Shown: positions 47,812 to 58,183, counted from the first letter of the stretch. The stretch: DNA of 64,000 nucleotides from Promethearchaeota archaeon (GCA_019058445.1 JAHPZA010000007.1:1-64000), one strand, 5' to 3'. Program-made: numbers and translations. Notes: generated by a model from the sequence alone, not told the origin.

Positions 47812-48429
47812 TTGCCAAAAGATCTATTAGTGTTTAAAATTTTTGAGATTGGTGATTCTGATGATATCTTCTTCATAATTAATCAGGGAATACTTATGTT
47901 CTTTTTCTTTTTGAAATATATATTTATTTTCATCCTCTTAATGATATCTTTACTAACATTAACAAAATTAAGAGGAATTTATCTGCATGAAAGATATAAT
48001 AAATTAGAGGAGAGTGAAAACAAATTGCTGAAACCCCGATTAATTTTGGGTATAACATATCTTTTTCTGGCAATTGGTATCGCTTTTAATTTTCTGATTT
48101 ATTTTTTAATATGGATATCATATTTTCTTCCACCGCCATTAATTTTCCAGCTTCTGGATGTTATTGATCCGGGATTCTATGATCCTAATAGGATTCGCGA
48201 TCCCAATAAGAATAAATATGAATTCGAGCGATTTATTTATCTTCTATTTGCATTAGCATCTTTTGAAGCATGCCTGCATTTAATCTTGACAATATGGTAT
48301 TTAATAAATAATAATAGAAATATTAGCAATCCTAGAGTAGTTATTCATAATTTAATTTGGTCTCTTTCTGTTTCAATTGTTTTTGGATTCTTAACCTTCG
48401 CACCATACTTTTTGCGGGCAACTTGGTGA
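47812..48429 (+). CDS. 4-TM membrane protein, paralog of 43726..44340
   Basis: GAGGT SD, TTG start, four TMs. Confidence 0.75.
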   Translation: MPKDLLVFKIFEIGDSDDIFFIINQGILMFFFFLKYIFIFILLMISLLTLTKLRGIYLHERYNKLEESENKLLKPRLILGITYLFLAIGIAFNFLIYFLIWISYFLPPPLIFQLLDVIDPGFYDPNRIRDPNKNKYEFERFIYLLFALASFEACLHLILTIWYLINNNRNISNPRVVIHNLIWSLSVSIVFGFLTFAPYFLRATW

Positions 48430-48519
48430 TGTTTGTTAAGCTAATCATGCTTTTCAGAAAAATCATTTATAAAAAACGTTAATATTAAATAATTGTATTT
48501 AGAATATTTTAAGATTTAA

Positions 48520-49926
48520 ATGACTGAAAGCAAAGGAAGTAAAGATCCATCTAATTTTAAAAATATAGAGCAAGAAGTCTTGAGGTTTCTTGATTCCAGA
48601 GGGTCAATTCGTGCAGCTCTTCTGCACAAGATCGAGAAACATTTTTGCGGTCAGAAATCCATTATAAATCTTCGTAAAGAGTTTTTATTATCATGTCTTT
48701 GGCAGATAGCTAAGGATAAGAAGATAGAAATAATTATCCCTGAGCTATTCCGCGTTAAATGGAGTCAAAAAAAGCTAACAAATTTAAAATATTTAAAGGA
48801 TGGGATTTATCTATGTAGAAAGTTTCCGATGATTCGAAATAAACTTCTTAAATCTATTTTAAATAATTATTACTTTGATTCAAGAAAGAGAAGTTTTAGT
48901 GAATTAGATCAAGGAATAGAATATCTTAAATTAATTTTAGAGAAGGTAAGAAATTTTAACAAAAAGATAATCATATATAACCCTTTAGGCAGCAATCCAT
49001 TGGATATTTATGAAGAGAAGGCTCAATTTAATTATAAATTACAAAAAGCTAATTTTCAAATAAAACAAGATAACATGATTAAGGAAAAGTTAGATATTCC
49101 TTCAGAAGACCGGGCAGAGGCCTTGGCAGTAGTTCAAGGATATAGAAGTAGATATATGTGCTTTTATATTCCTTTAATTGAATCTATTTTAAAGACTATA
49201 GAGTATATTCAAGTACATAAGGAAGATCTTTCAGATTATGAAAAAGTTTTACAAGACTACACGGAAAAATTTGCCTATAATTGTATAGAATTTGTTAAGT
49301 CTGATTATATTGAAATAGAGCCAAATCCTTTAAGATGGGAAAGCATCTTCAACTATTTAGATCTTCCTATAAAAATTCTTGAGTATGATTTTAAATATAT
49401 TAAATTTCATGGAAGAACATGGGAAAATTATCAAATACTTAAAATTTGTATATATATTGAAAAACAAAAATCGAGTATTATAAAAAAATTGAAGAAATTA
49501 GGCTATGAAGAATTTCCTGAGGAAAATTATGATGATCTTATTGCTATTGGTTTAAATATAGAGATCTATTATCCTTGCTCTACAATCGAGCATATCTATT
49601 TTTTAAGTAAATTTATATGCTTCTATTATTTGTTTCTGTTATTTTATCACTCTTTTGAATACATCAAGGAAGTAAAACCGAAGATTCGCTTTACAAAGAA
49701 GGAGAAGAGTTTATATACAAAATTTTTACCAGTGCTTACAAAGTTATTTAATTTAAATGAAAGTGAAAGTAAAGTTTCAAGGAAACTAGTTTTTAAATAT
49801 TATACCCTTGATCCTGATGAACTGGAAATAATTTTTAATCACTTTTTAATTAAAAGACTTAAAGAGATTGAAAAAAAATTGTTTTATTGGTGGAGATATA
49901 AAACAACTCTACTTAAACCGGCTTAA
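48520..49926 (+). CDS. Hypothetical protein
   Basis: 468-aa ORF with no recognised motif. Confidence 0.7.
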   Translation: MTESKGSKDPSNFKNIEQEVLRFLDSRGSIRAALLHKIEKHFCGQKSIINLRKEFLLSCLWQIAKDKKIEIIIPELFRVKWSQKKLTNLKYLKDGIYLCRKFPMIRNKLLKSILNNYYFDSRKRSFSELDQGIEYLKLILEKVRNFNKKIIIYNPLGSNPLDIYEEKAQFNYKLQKANFQIKQDNMIKEKLDIPSEDRAEALAVVQGYRSRYMCFYIPLIESILKTIEYIQVHKEDLSDYEKVLQDYTEKFAYNCIEFVKSDYIEIEPNPLRWESIFNYLDLPIKILEYDFKYIKFHGRTWENYQILKICIYIEKQKSSIIKKLKKLGYEEFPEENYDDLIAIGLNIEIYYPCSTIEHIYFLSKFICFYYLFLLFYHSFEYIKEVKPKIRFTKKEKSLYTKFLPVLTKLFNLNESESKVSRKLVFKYYTLDPDELEIIFNHFLIKRLKEIEKKLFYWWRYKTTLLKPA

Positions 49927-49932
49927 GCTTGG

Positions 49933-50568
49933 TTAACAAAACTTATATTTAAATGGATTATATTTCTTTTCTTCTCCTATTGTGGTAATTCCTAAATGTC
50001 CCGCTAAAATTAAAAAGTCCTCACTTAATTTTGGATTATAAATCAGTTTATTTCTAATGTTTGAACAGAGTAATTCTTCATTTCCTCCTGTGAGATCAGA
50101 TCTTCCTTTATCTCTTCGAAAAATTAAGTCTCCCGTAAAAACTAATCCATCATATTCTCTGTTTTTGAAAAGCGTAATATCTTTACTGTACAAACTAATA
50201 TTACCTGGAGAATGCCCTGCGGTTTCCATGATATGTAAATTAATACCGTTGATATTTAAGACATCCTCCTCTCTCAGCCAATTATCTGCTCTCATCCATT
50301 TAAAAATTTTAAAATATTATAATTCCTTTTTATTATACCATAAGGGTACGTTATATCGCTGCATTAACGGTTTCAAAGTTTTTGTATGATCTGGGTGTGT
50401 ATGAGTTAATATTATTCCAATTGGCTTATATTGTAAAAGATCCAATTTATTAATAATTCTATTTGCCTCTCCGCCAGGTTCTATGATATAGACTTCTTTT
50501 TTCTTTGCAGATCCAATGATATAGCAATTTGTTTCATATGGCCCTACTACAAGTTTTTCTAAAATCAT
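49933..50568 (-). pseudogene. MBL-fold hydrolase (glyoxalase II-like) interrupted by an in-frame TAA
   Basis: THTHPDH in the 5' part; GHSPG, TGD and GH in the 3' part; same frame, stop at 50317-50319. Confidence 0.85.
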
Positions 50569-50722
50569 AAATGAGGATGAATATGTTATTTAGAAAGATA
50601 ATTTTTAGCTCTTTTATCTTAATTATACTTATTTTTATTAGTTTTATTTAAAGAAAAAATCAATAATCAAGTCAAAAAAATGAAAAGAAAAAAACTAAAA
50701 TACAATGATTTCAAAAAGTTGC

Positions 50723-52348
50723 CTAAGTTATTTTCAATGGTATTGTTTTATAAGGAGTTTTCGCTTTTACCGATTTATTTAATGTTTTGTCATATAAGTT
50801 GAGTAATTTAGAAAACGTTCTTCTATACCAAATGTGCTTTGTAATGGAATAAAAGGGATTTTTGAATTCCTTCTGTGCTTTAAAGATGGAATCTACTATT
50901 GAAAAAATTTCTTGTATTGATTTGGAAAAGGATAAATGCTTACTTGGTCTTATTACAGCACAATAAAGATACTGTTCTTTATTAAATATCTTCCACCACT
51001 GTTTGTAATAATATTTGGCTCCAAACATTGCTTCTCCTTTATCATAAATTGTACTCCCAATTAATAAGCCGTATATGCCTATATGTAAATTAACCTTATA
51101 TCTTTCCATAATTCCTTGTCCATCATAATTTTTATCAAAAAAGAAACTCCGGCTCTCTTTGAAAGTATTTATATCGGCACCAGGTAATCCTAACATATAA
51201 AAGAATATAACAGGGGTATCAATTTCATTAGCATATTCGATAATTTTTAATACTTTTTCTAAAAATGTTAATGCTCCTTTATTGATATCTGCTGAAGTTC
51301 TTCCCAGATTCTTACCAATCCTTGAGAGCAGCTTTTTTGATGTTGTTTCTAACCCTATTCCTGGAATTATATTAAACTTTTTAAACTTTTTCAGATCAGA
51401 TATGGAGCAAGTCTCCACTCGTTCAAATATATAAGTTTTGAATGAAATCTTATGATAAATCTTCTCCAATTCTTTAAAAAACTGATCCTTTACATTTCTA
51501 GAGAAAAAGATAGGGTCAACAATAAATAAATTTTCAAAATTTAACCACTTTGTATCTAAAATAATATTTAGTTCTTTAATACAATTCTCTAATGATTTAT
51601 ATCTGACTCTTCTATAACTAGGCATATAGTTTTCAGAAGGCGGGCAAAATTTACACCTGAATTGGCAGCCCCTTCTCCATTGAATATAAAAATCACCAAT
51701 CTCTCGAATTCTTTCTTTATACTTCTCGAATAAACTCAAATCTATGATAGGGACTTCATTTAAATTTTCTAATATTTCCCTTTGTAAAATGACTGGATTT
51801 TCATAGACTCCATTTCTCATCTGATTAGTTCCATTTGATATTCGTTGAACTAAATGATAAAAAGGGATTTCACCTTCATCAAGTATAATGTAATCGACTG
51901 GTGTTGTATTTTGAGGATAGAATTCATCAAAATAATGCGGTATATTTTCAATAAAAAGGTCTTCTGGACATACTGAAGCATGATAGCCTCCAAAGACAAT
52001 ATAACAAGAGGAATCTATTAAGTGCTTTATCATTTTAGCGATCTCAATGGAATTAAGATAGCAAAATGAAGTATAGCACGATATCGCTGCAATATCGAAC
52101 TTAAACCTCTTATAAATCTTTTTCAATAAGTTTCTCAATGCATCTCGATATTCTCCAATCTCTTCTGGCCAGTAATGAGGTAACCCTTCTATTCTTAAAT
52201 CAACATACTCCTCTTCGATCTCTCCGTTAATTTTATGCTTTTTAGAGTTTAGATAATTACTAATACGTATAAAGGGTTCTGTACAAAAGTGAGCTTTTCC
52301 CCAGGATTCAAATGGTTGTAGATAAAGTATTCTTATTTTTTTACTCAT
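50723..52348 (-). CDS. B12-binding radical SAM protein
   Basis: GGYHAS, GEIP, RGCQFRCKFC, GLET. Confidence 0.9.
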   Translation of the reverse strand: MSKKIRILYLQPFESWGKAHFCTEPFIRISNYLNSKKHKINGEIEEEYVDLRIEGLPHYWPEEIGEYRDALRNLLKKIYKRFKFDIAAISCYTSFCYLNSIEIAKMIKHLIDSSCYIVFGGYHASVCPEDLFIENIPHYFDEFYPQNTTPVDYIILDEGEIPFYHLVQRISNGTNQMRNGVYENPVILQREILENLNEVPIIDLSLFEKYKERIREIGDFYIQWRRGCQFRCKFCPPSENYMPSYRRVRYKSLENCIKELNIILDTKWLNFENLFIVDPIFFSRNVKDQFFKELEKIYHKISFKTYIFERVETCSISDLKKFKKFNIIPGIGLETTSKKLLSRIGKNLGRTSADINKGALTFLEKVLKIIEYANEIDTPVIFFYMLGLPGADINTFKESRSFFFDKNYDGQGIMERYKVNLHIGIYGLLIGSTIYDKGEAMFGAKYYYKQWWKIFNKEQYLYCAVIRPSKHLSFSKSIQEIFSIVDSIFKAQKEFKNPFYSITKHIWYRRTFSKLLNLYDKTLNKSVKAKTPYKTIPLKIT

Positions 52349-52488
52349 TTTACTTCTTTTTTTTATTTTTTGTATGAATATATCTAACGACTCACATATT
52401 TTATTTAGCTAAGTATATAAACAACATCAAAAGCCAAAAAAAATAAAACATTTTATAGGAGGATTGCTAAGGAAAGCAATCTCATTAA

Positions 52489-54033
52489 TTAATAATCACC
52501 TATAGTAGTTGTTAATCTTGGTAACGGAACTTTAGGTGTAGCGATTTTCAAAAAATTGTGTTTTTCAAGAAATTCTATTAATTCTTTTTTTTGTTTTTTA
52601 ATTATTTTTATAGCTTGCAGTAAGGGTAAATAGCCCCACTCTTTATTTCTATATTTTAATTTGTCAAGTTTTATGTGATTATCTGTAAAAATTTCGATGC
52701 TATCTATCAAAGATAATTCTCGCGAAGGTTTTATTGCAAATGCGCCCATTTTTAAAGTACTCATATTTTTCCACCACTCTTTAAAATAAGCTATAGTCCC
52801 ATAATTCTTGTTTAAGAGACGCAAATTGTCATAATTGGCGGTTTTTGGGAAGAGATGATATAGAGTAGGACTGATATTAGCTTCCTCATTTTTAGCAATC
52901 CGATTTAAATTTGCAAAAGTTTCTTGATAACTTTCTCGAGATTCCCCTGGATGATTACAGAGAATACCAATTGTATAATCATATCTTAATTTTTTATGAA
53001 TTTTAAAAATTTTGTTTACCGCTCGCAAATATCCTACAGGATCATACGTTTTGTTCATTATCCTTAGCATTTTTTTAGAAAAACTCTCAACACCATAGAA
53101 TAAAAACATTTTTTTTTTCTTAAGCAGGCGCAATACCTTCTTATTTAAAATATCTACACGTGTTTCTAGAAAGTGGTTAATTATCTGCTCGTTTACCTTA
53201 TATTTTTTTAAAAACTGCTTTAACCAATCAATATTATAACCGAATACACAGTCGTAGAAACCAAAGACGCCTTGAAATCCGTGTTCTATTCCATAATTCA
53301 CCATTGTATTAACCTCCTGTACGGCTCTCTTAGGACTATAGGCTCTCCATCTTTTAATACCTCTATTAACTAGTTTTTTTTCTATACAGAAGTTACACTG
53401 ACTCGGACAGCTTCTGGAAAGACTAATACTAAGCCCCCTAGCCTTATCTCTGAGCATATTTATATACTTATCTAATATTGAAAAATCTAAGGAAGGTAAA
53501 TCATCTAGATTACCAATGGGGTTGTTTTTAAGGACTATAGGTGTTTCTTGCTTCTTAAAACCATTATTTACAATAAAATGGAGATTTAATTCACCTTCAC
53601 CTATGTTAATATAATCTACCGGAGAATTTGGACAGATAAAATCATCAGGACAGCTTGTAGCATGATACCCACCGACAACTACTATTGCAGTTGGGAAAAA
53701 GCTCTGAAAATATTCAGCAATCAATTTAACAGCTTGATAATCGAAAGATGTAGGTGACCCAATGCAAATATAACTATTTTCGGGAGTAAAATCTAATTGC
53801 GAAATTGATTCATCTAAGATTGAGTAAAGCGTATTTATGTCTTCACGTCTCAAAGGACCATCAAATTTTGGTTCAAAGTTAGTTTCGGCAGGTAAATAGA
53901 TTAAATCACTCACTATATTATTTACTTTTGACTTTATAAAGTTATCGAGATAAATACTCCATGGTAGAATTTCAGAAGACAGTTTTTTTTTTACAAATTG
54001 GAATGGATTGATATATAAAACTTTTTTTTTCAT
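52489..54033 (-). CDS. B12-binding radical SAM protein (paralog)
   Basis: GGYHAT, GEGE, RSCPSQCNFC, GVES. Confidence 0.9.
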   Translation of the reverse strand: MKKKVLYINPFQFVKKKLSSEILPWSIYLDNFIKSKVNNIVSDLIYLPAETNFEPKFDGPLRREDINTLYSILDESISQLDFTPENSYICIGSPTSFDYQAVKLIAEYFQSFFPTAIVVVGGYHATSCPDDFICPNSPVDYINIGEGELNLHFIVNNGFKKQETPIVLKNNPIGNLDDLPSLDFSILDKYINMLRDKARGLSISLSRSCPSQCNFCIEKKLVNRGIKRWRAYSPKRAVQEVNTMVNYGIEHGFQGVFGFYDCVFGYNIDWLKQFLKKYKVNEQIINHFLETRVDILNKKVLRLLKKKKMFLFYGVESFSKKMLRIMNKTYDPVGYLRAVNKIFKIHKKLRYDYTIGILCNHPGESRESYQETFANLNRIAKNEEANISPTLYHLFPKTANYDNLRLLNKNYGTIAYFKEWWKNMSTLKMGAFAIKPSRELSLIDSIEIFTDNHIKLDKLKYRNKEWGYLPLLQAIKIIKKQKKELIEFLEKHNFLKIATPKVPLPRLTTTIGDY

Positions 54034-54204
54034 TTTTTCAAGAAAAAAGGAATTTTTATACTTTTTTAAAGAAAAAATAATTTAAACCCCATTTTTCTTC
54101 AGTTTTCCTCGTGAGCAATATTAATCATTTACTATTAAATATTATTTATTTCTATTAAGCTAAAAACTACAAAAAATGAAATATTTTTAAGATAAATCAG
54201 TGAT

Positions 54205-55017
54205 TTAATAAAGGTTTACATGATTAGGTGATTCATATAAGAATACTTCATCATTAGGAAATTCCAAACTTAACATATTTGATAATCGTTTCATAGCTTT
54301 GATTTCACAATTATAATGGGGAACTCTAATTAAAGACAATCCCGTGTCCCTAGCAAATATCGCATCTTCATAATTAAAGTCGCATGAAATAAGACAATTG
54401 CATCCCTGTGTAATGATTTGCTCTAAAAACATATTATTTGGAAGCTTACCACCAATTATGCAAATTTTCTTTATTTCTGTATTCAATCCTCCCACATATA
54501 GTAGTTTGTCTACTTCTAAATTAACTTTTATTCGTTTCAATAGATCTTCTAATTTCAATGATTCAATTTGATTAGGATAATATTTTGGTAAACATAATCG
54601 TCCAATTGGAATAGCAACATTATTTTTATTCATAATGTCAACAGTTTTATCAAGAATTAAATAAATTGTATCTACTATAGTATCAGATATTCCCCCCTCC
54701 GCTGCTATAAAAGAAGAATTTAATACAAAAATAGAAATTGGATATTTAGAGAGTAAAGATAATTTATTTACTAAAATTTGATTGAAATTTTCAATAGGCT
54801 TACTTATTAATCCTCGGTAAGTAATGATAAGATTTACCTTGTTAAGAGTAGCATAATGAATTGCTTCTAAAGTCAAGTCTAGTGTTAGCATAATTTTTTT
54901 AATAACACTATTAGAGCTTCTGGATCCATATTCAAGGCCATAATTCTCATTTTCTAATTTATACTCTTCAGGAGATAATTTATCTCTCAGTAATGAATTA
55001 ATTTCTTTAAAATGCAT
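54205..55017 (-). CDS. Nif3/DUF34-like protein with degenerate metal ligands
   Basis: ENYGL..G, LDLT, HY..E; HH replaced by YR. Confidence 0.8.
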   Translation of the reverse strand: MHFKEINSLLRDKLSPEEYKLENENYGLEYGSRSSNSVIKKIMLTLDLTLEAIHYATLNKVNLIITYRGLISKPIENFNQILVNKLSLLSKYPISIFVLNSSFIAAEGGISDTIVDTIYLILDKTVDIMNKNNVAIPIGRLCLPKYYPNQIESLKLEDLLKRIKVNLEVDKLLYVGGLNTEIKKICIIGGKLPNNMFLEQIITQGCNCLISCDFNYEDAIFARDTGLSLIRVPHYNCEIKAMKRLSNMLSLEFPNDEVFLYESPNHVNLY

Positions 55018-55177
55018 TGATTTTAATAACAGTTATTTTAAGTATTAAAAGAAATTTCTATATATAAAATAATAAAGAGTCTGTGGAAATTTTTTAAATT
55101 TTAAATAGGAGTTTTGAACTAAATTGAATTATAGAACCATATAAAAGATTAGAAAAGTTTATAGAAGTGAAGTTATT

Positions 55178-55597
55178 ATGGTTGATAGTGATTGTATATT
55201 TTGCCAGATTGTTGAAAAAAAGATTCCCTCAAAAGTTTTATATGAAGATGAGAAAAATTTAGCATTTTTAGATATTTTTCCTATATATAAAGGTCATACA
55301 ATTGTTATACCTAAGAGACATTATCACAATTTAGAAGAAATTCCGGAATCTGAACTCATAGAAACATATAGAGTAGTTAAAGAATTAGCAACATTAATCC
55401 ATCATAAACTTAACATAGACGGATATAACATTCTTCAAAATAATTTCGAGGCTGCGGGTCAAGTGATCCAGCATTTTCATGTGCATATTATTCCTAGAAG
55501 TAAGAATGATGGAAGATTCAATATTAAAATCCCAAGAGAACAGGCTAATGACGAAGAACTTAATAAAATTCTAGATATTTTACAAAAAAAAGAGTAA
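55178..55597 (+). CDS. HIT family hydrolase
   Basis: CIFC, GQVIQHFHVHIIPR. Confidence 0.95.
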   Translation: MVDSDCIFCQIVEKKIPSKVLYEDEKNLAFLDIFPIYKGHTIVIPKRHYHNLEEIPESELIETYRVVKELATLIHHKLNIDGYNILQNNFEAAGQVIQHFHVHIIPRSKNDGRFNIKIPREQANDEELNKILDILQKKE

Positions 55598-55660
55598 ATG
55601 GCTTTGGATTCTTAGAGGAAAAATAGACTACTTTAAAAATATAGCTTAAAAAAATAGTTT

Positions 55661-55882
55661 ATGACATTAAAAGATTTGTTAAAGAACGCACCAAAGAAGA
55701 TCAAAAACAAAGTTAAAGAATTTTTTTATGATGAATTCGGGGGAAATTTAGTTGAATATGCTCTTCTGATTGGATTTGGGTTGTTTATATTCTTTCTTTT
55801 AGCAAGTATAGTGCTATCTATGATGGATTGGACTGCTGGTCAATCAAGTGAATTTTATGAAACAGCTGAAGGATTCGAATAA
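55661..55882 (+). CDS. Flp-like type IV prepilin
   Basis: Basic leader, FFYDEFG|GNLVEYALL, hydrophobic helix. Confidence 0.7.
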   Translation: MTLKDLLKNAPKKIKNKVKEFFYDEFGGNLVEYALLIGFGLFIFFLLASIVLSMMDWTAGQSSEFYETAEGFE

Positions 55883-55939
55883 AAATATTAAATATATTTT
55901 TTGATAGAAACTTAATTCTAAAATTTTTGTAGAATAAAA

Positions 55940-56332
55940 TTAGTTCATTTTCAAAATAATACCCTCTTCATATGTGAAATTATATTTTATTTTCCACTCA
56001 GGAAGCATATCATAAAAAAAGTTTAAATCAATATTTAAATAATTTAGAAATTCATTTATGGGTATTTTATTTGCTCCTGAAAGTACATTTTTAATTCTTT
56101 TTTCATATACTTCAGGCTGTTTAGCCATTTCTTTTGCTATAGCTTCCTCTTCAAGTAATTTTTCTAGGTCTAATTGTTGTAAGTAATTAAAGTATTCTGC
56201 ACTATCTAAAAAATTTTCAACAATTTTGCTTATCACTTGAGCTCTTGTCGTAGCGTATTTTCCAACAAGATTTTCAATTCTTTTCATATATCTTTCCGTT
56301 AATGTTACCGTTGTTCTGGCAGTGTCTGTCAT
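55940..56332 (-). CDS. Ribbon-helix-helix regulator
   Basis: RTTVTL...I..LV......RAQVI. Confidence 0.75.
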   Translation of the reverse strand: MTDTARTTVTLTERYMKRIENLVGKYATTRAQVISKIVENFLDSAEYFNYLQQLDLEKLLEEEAIAKEMAKQPEVYEKRIKNVLSGANKIPINEFLNYLNIDLNFFYDMLPEWKIKYNFTYEEGIILKMN

Positions 56333-56395
56333 TTATAAACCATTATATTTCTCTAATAAGATAATATTGAAATTACTATTTATATGTTATGTTAA

Positions 56396-56416
56396 TTTAT
56401 GATAATATGTCATAAA
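56396..56416. promoter_or_regulatory. Inverted repeat, candidate operator between divergent regulators
   Basis: TTTATGA-N7-TCATAAA. Confidence 0.45.
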
Positions 56417-56529
56417 TAAGCACACTTATATATTAATTCTACTTTATGAGTAATAAGAATCAAATTTTAAGATTCAATAATTAAAAAGTCGAAAATATGT
56501 CGAACTAAAACTAATGGAGGATTAATTTT

Positions 56530-56784
56530 ATGGCAAATAAAATGATGATTAAAGAATATTTTGAACTCAAAGAATTTATAACCCCGATTCAAAATAACTT
56601 AATAAAAGCATTACAACAAATAGGGCCCTCTACTAGAAGAGAGTTGGTTAGTTATCTAAATACTCCTAGGACGACAATCTATGATAATTTATTGAAATTA
56701 CAAAAAAGAAAAGTTGTAGAAAAATTTACACGAAATAATGGGAAAAGAGGGCGTCCAGTAGTTTTTTGGAAATTTGCAGGTTAA
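56530..56784 (+). CDS. TrmB-like winged-HTH regulator
   Basis: GGAGG SD; PRTTIYDNL.KL...GRP. Confidence 0.85.
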   Translation: MANKMMIKEYFELKEFITPIQNNLIKALQQIGPSTRRELVSYLNTPRTTIYDNLLKLQKRKVVEKFTRNNGKRGRPVVFWKFAG

Positions 56785-56882
56785 TTTTTTTTTATATTTT
56801 TTTTTTTTTCAACTTTTTTTTAAAAAATAAGATAAATAGGTTTTACTATTGATTTAATTTTCTATTCATAAAAATATTATAT

Positions 56883-57079
56883 AGTCCTAAATTTCCATTG
56901 CAAATTTATATAATTAAATGTGAAAATGATAAAGTCTATAAATAACTAATTAAATGGACCCCATTGAAAATATCTTTCGTAATATTTAAATTTAGTTATT
57001 ACCTCTTTAATTTTCATCAATTTTCATGATATTACTTCAAAAGACAAGAATATAAAATTTGCAATGGAAATTATGGAGT
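56883..57079. mobile_element. MITE-like element or IS remnant
   Basis: Perfect 18-bp inverted repeat AATTTCCATTGCAAATTT at 56890-56907 and 57055-57072; no ORF between. Confidence 0.55.
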
Positions 57080-57160
57080 GTCAATAAAATTTTGCATTTA
57101 TAGTATGAATTAAATTTTTCTAAATTTTATATAATATAAAATAAAATAGTTTTGATAAAA

Positions 57161-58144
57161 ATGGTTTCATTTAAGGAATTAGGTCTTAGTAATACAAAAA
57201 GAATGTTTGAAATTGCATTAGAAAGAAAATTTGCTGTGCCTGGTTATAATATAAATAATTTAGAACAATTACAAGCAATTATTATAGGTTGTGGTGAAAG
57301 CGAATCTCCTGTTATTATTCAAATTAGTCAAGGTGCTAGGAATTACGCGAATCAGACGATGCTTAGATATTTGGGACAGGGTGGAGTTGAAATGGCAAAA
57401 GAGTTAGGTTTCAACTTTCCAATTGCTCTACATTTAGATCATGGCAACTCGTTTGAACTCGCAAAATCATGCATTGACAATGGATTTTCAAGTGTGATGT
57501 TTGATGGCAGTCATTTAAGCTATGAAGAAAACATTAAAATTACTCAGCAAGTAGTTGAATATGCTCATGAGAGGGATGTAAGTGTTGAAGCGGAATTAGG
57601 GGTTTTGGCAGGAATAGAAGAGCATGTAAAATCAGATGTACATCACTTTACGGATCCTGAGCAAGTCGAAGATTTTGTGACCAGGACTGGATGCGATTCT
57701 TTGGCCATAGCAATAGGCACTTCGCATGGAGCATATAAATTCAAAGTTGAAAAAGAAGAAGACATACCTGAATTACGCTTTGACATACTTAAAGAGGTCA
57801 GGAAGCGCTTAGATAAGTTTCCTATTGTCCTGCACGGTTCGTCTTCCGTATTGAGTCATTATGTTCAAATGATAAATCAATTTGGTGGAGCACTGGAAAA
57901 AGCGTTTGGTATACCCGAAGAACAGTTGAGAAAAGCCACTCAATATGGCGTTAGTAAAATTAATATCGACACAGATGGTCGCCTTGTAGTCACAGCTATA
58001 GTAAGAAAAATATTGGCCGAAAACCCAAGAGAATTTGATCCAAGAAAGTATCTTGGTCCCGCTCGTGAAGAATTGATTCTAATGATAAAAAGAAAAAATA
58101 AAGAAGTCTTAGGCTCTGCAGGTCAAGCGAAATACATTGTTTAG
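57161..58144 (+). CDS. fba: Class II fructose-1,6-bisphosphate aldolase (bacterial type)
   Basis: HLDHG, SVMFDGS, EAELG, GTSHG, VLHGSS, KINIDTD. Confidence 0.95.
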   Translation: MVSFKELGLSNTKRMFEIALERKFAVPGYNINNLEQLQAIIIGCGESESPVIIQISQGARNYANQTMLRYLGQGGVEMAKELGFNFPIALHLDHGNSFELAKSCIDNGFSSVMFDGSHLSYEENIKITQQVVEYAHERDVSVEAELGVLAGIEEHVKSDVHHFTDPEQVEDFVTRTGCDSLAIAIGTSHGAYKFKVEKEEDIPELRFDILKEVRKRLDKFPIVLHGSSSVLSHYVQMINQFGGALEKAFGIPEEQLRKATQYGVSKINIDTDGRLVVTAIVRKILAENPREFDPRKYLGPAREELILMIKRKNKEVLGSAGQAKYIV

Positions 58145-58183
58145 CGATTTAATTTTTAATTCGAGTGCCTTTTAGAATTTAAA

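Noticed and set aside
54050-54118. About 20-aa ORF as a radical SAM precursor peptide
   Set aside because: Too short, TTG start, no supporting features
35085-54200. Provirus or integrative element at tRNA-Asn
   Set aside because: No integrase, capsid, replication gene or repeated tRNA 3' end (att) recognised by eye
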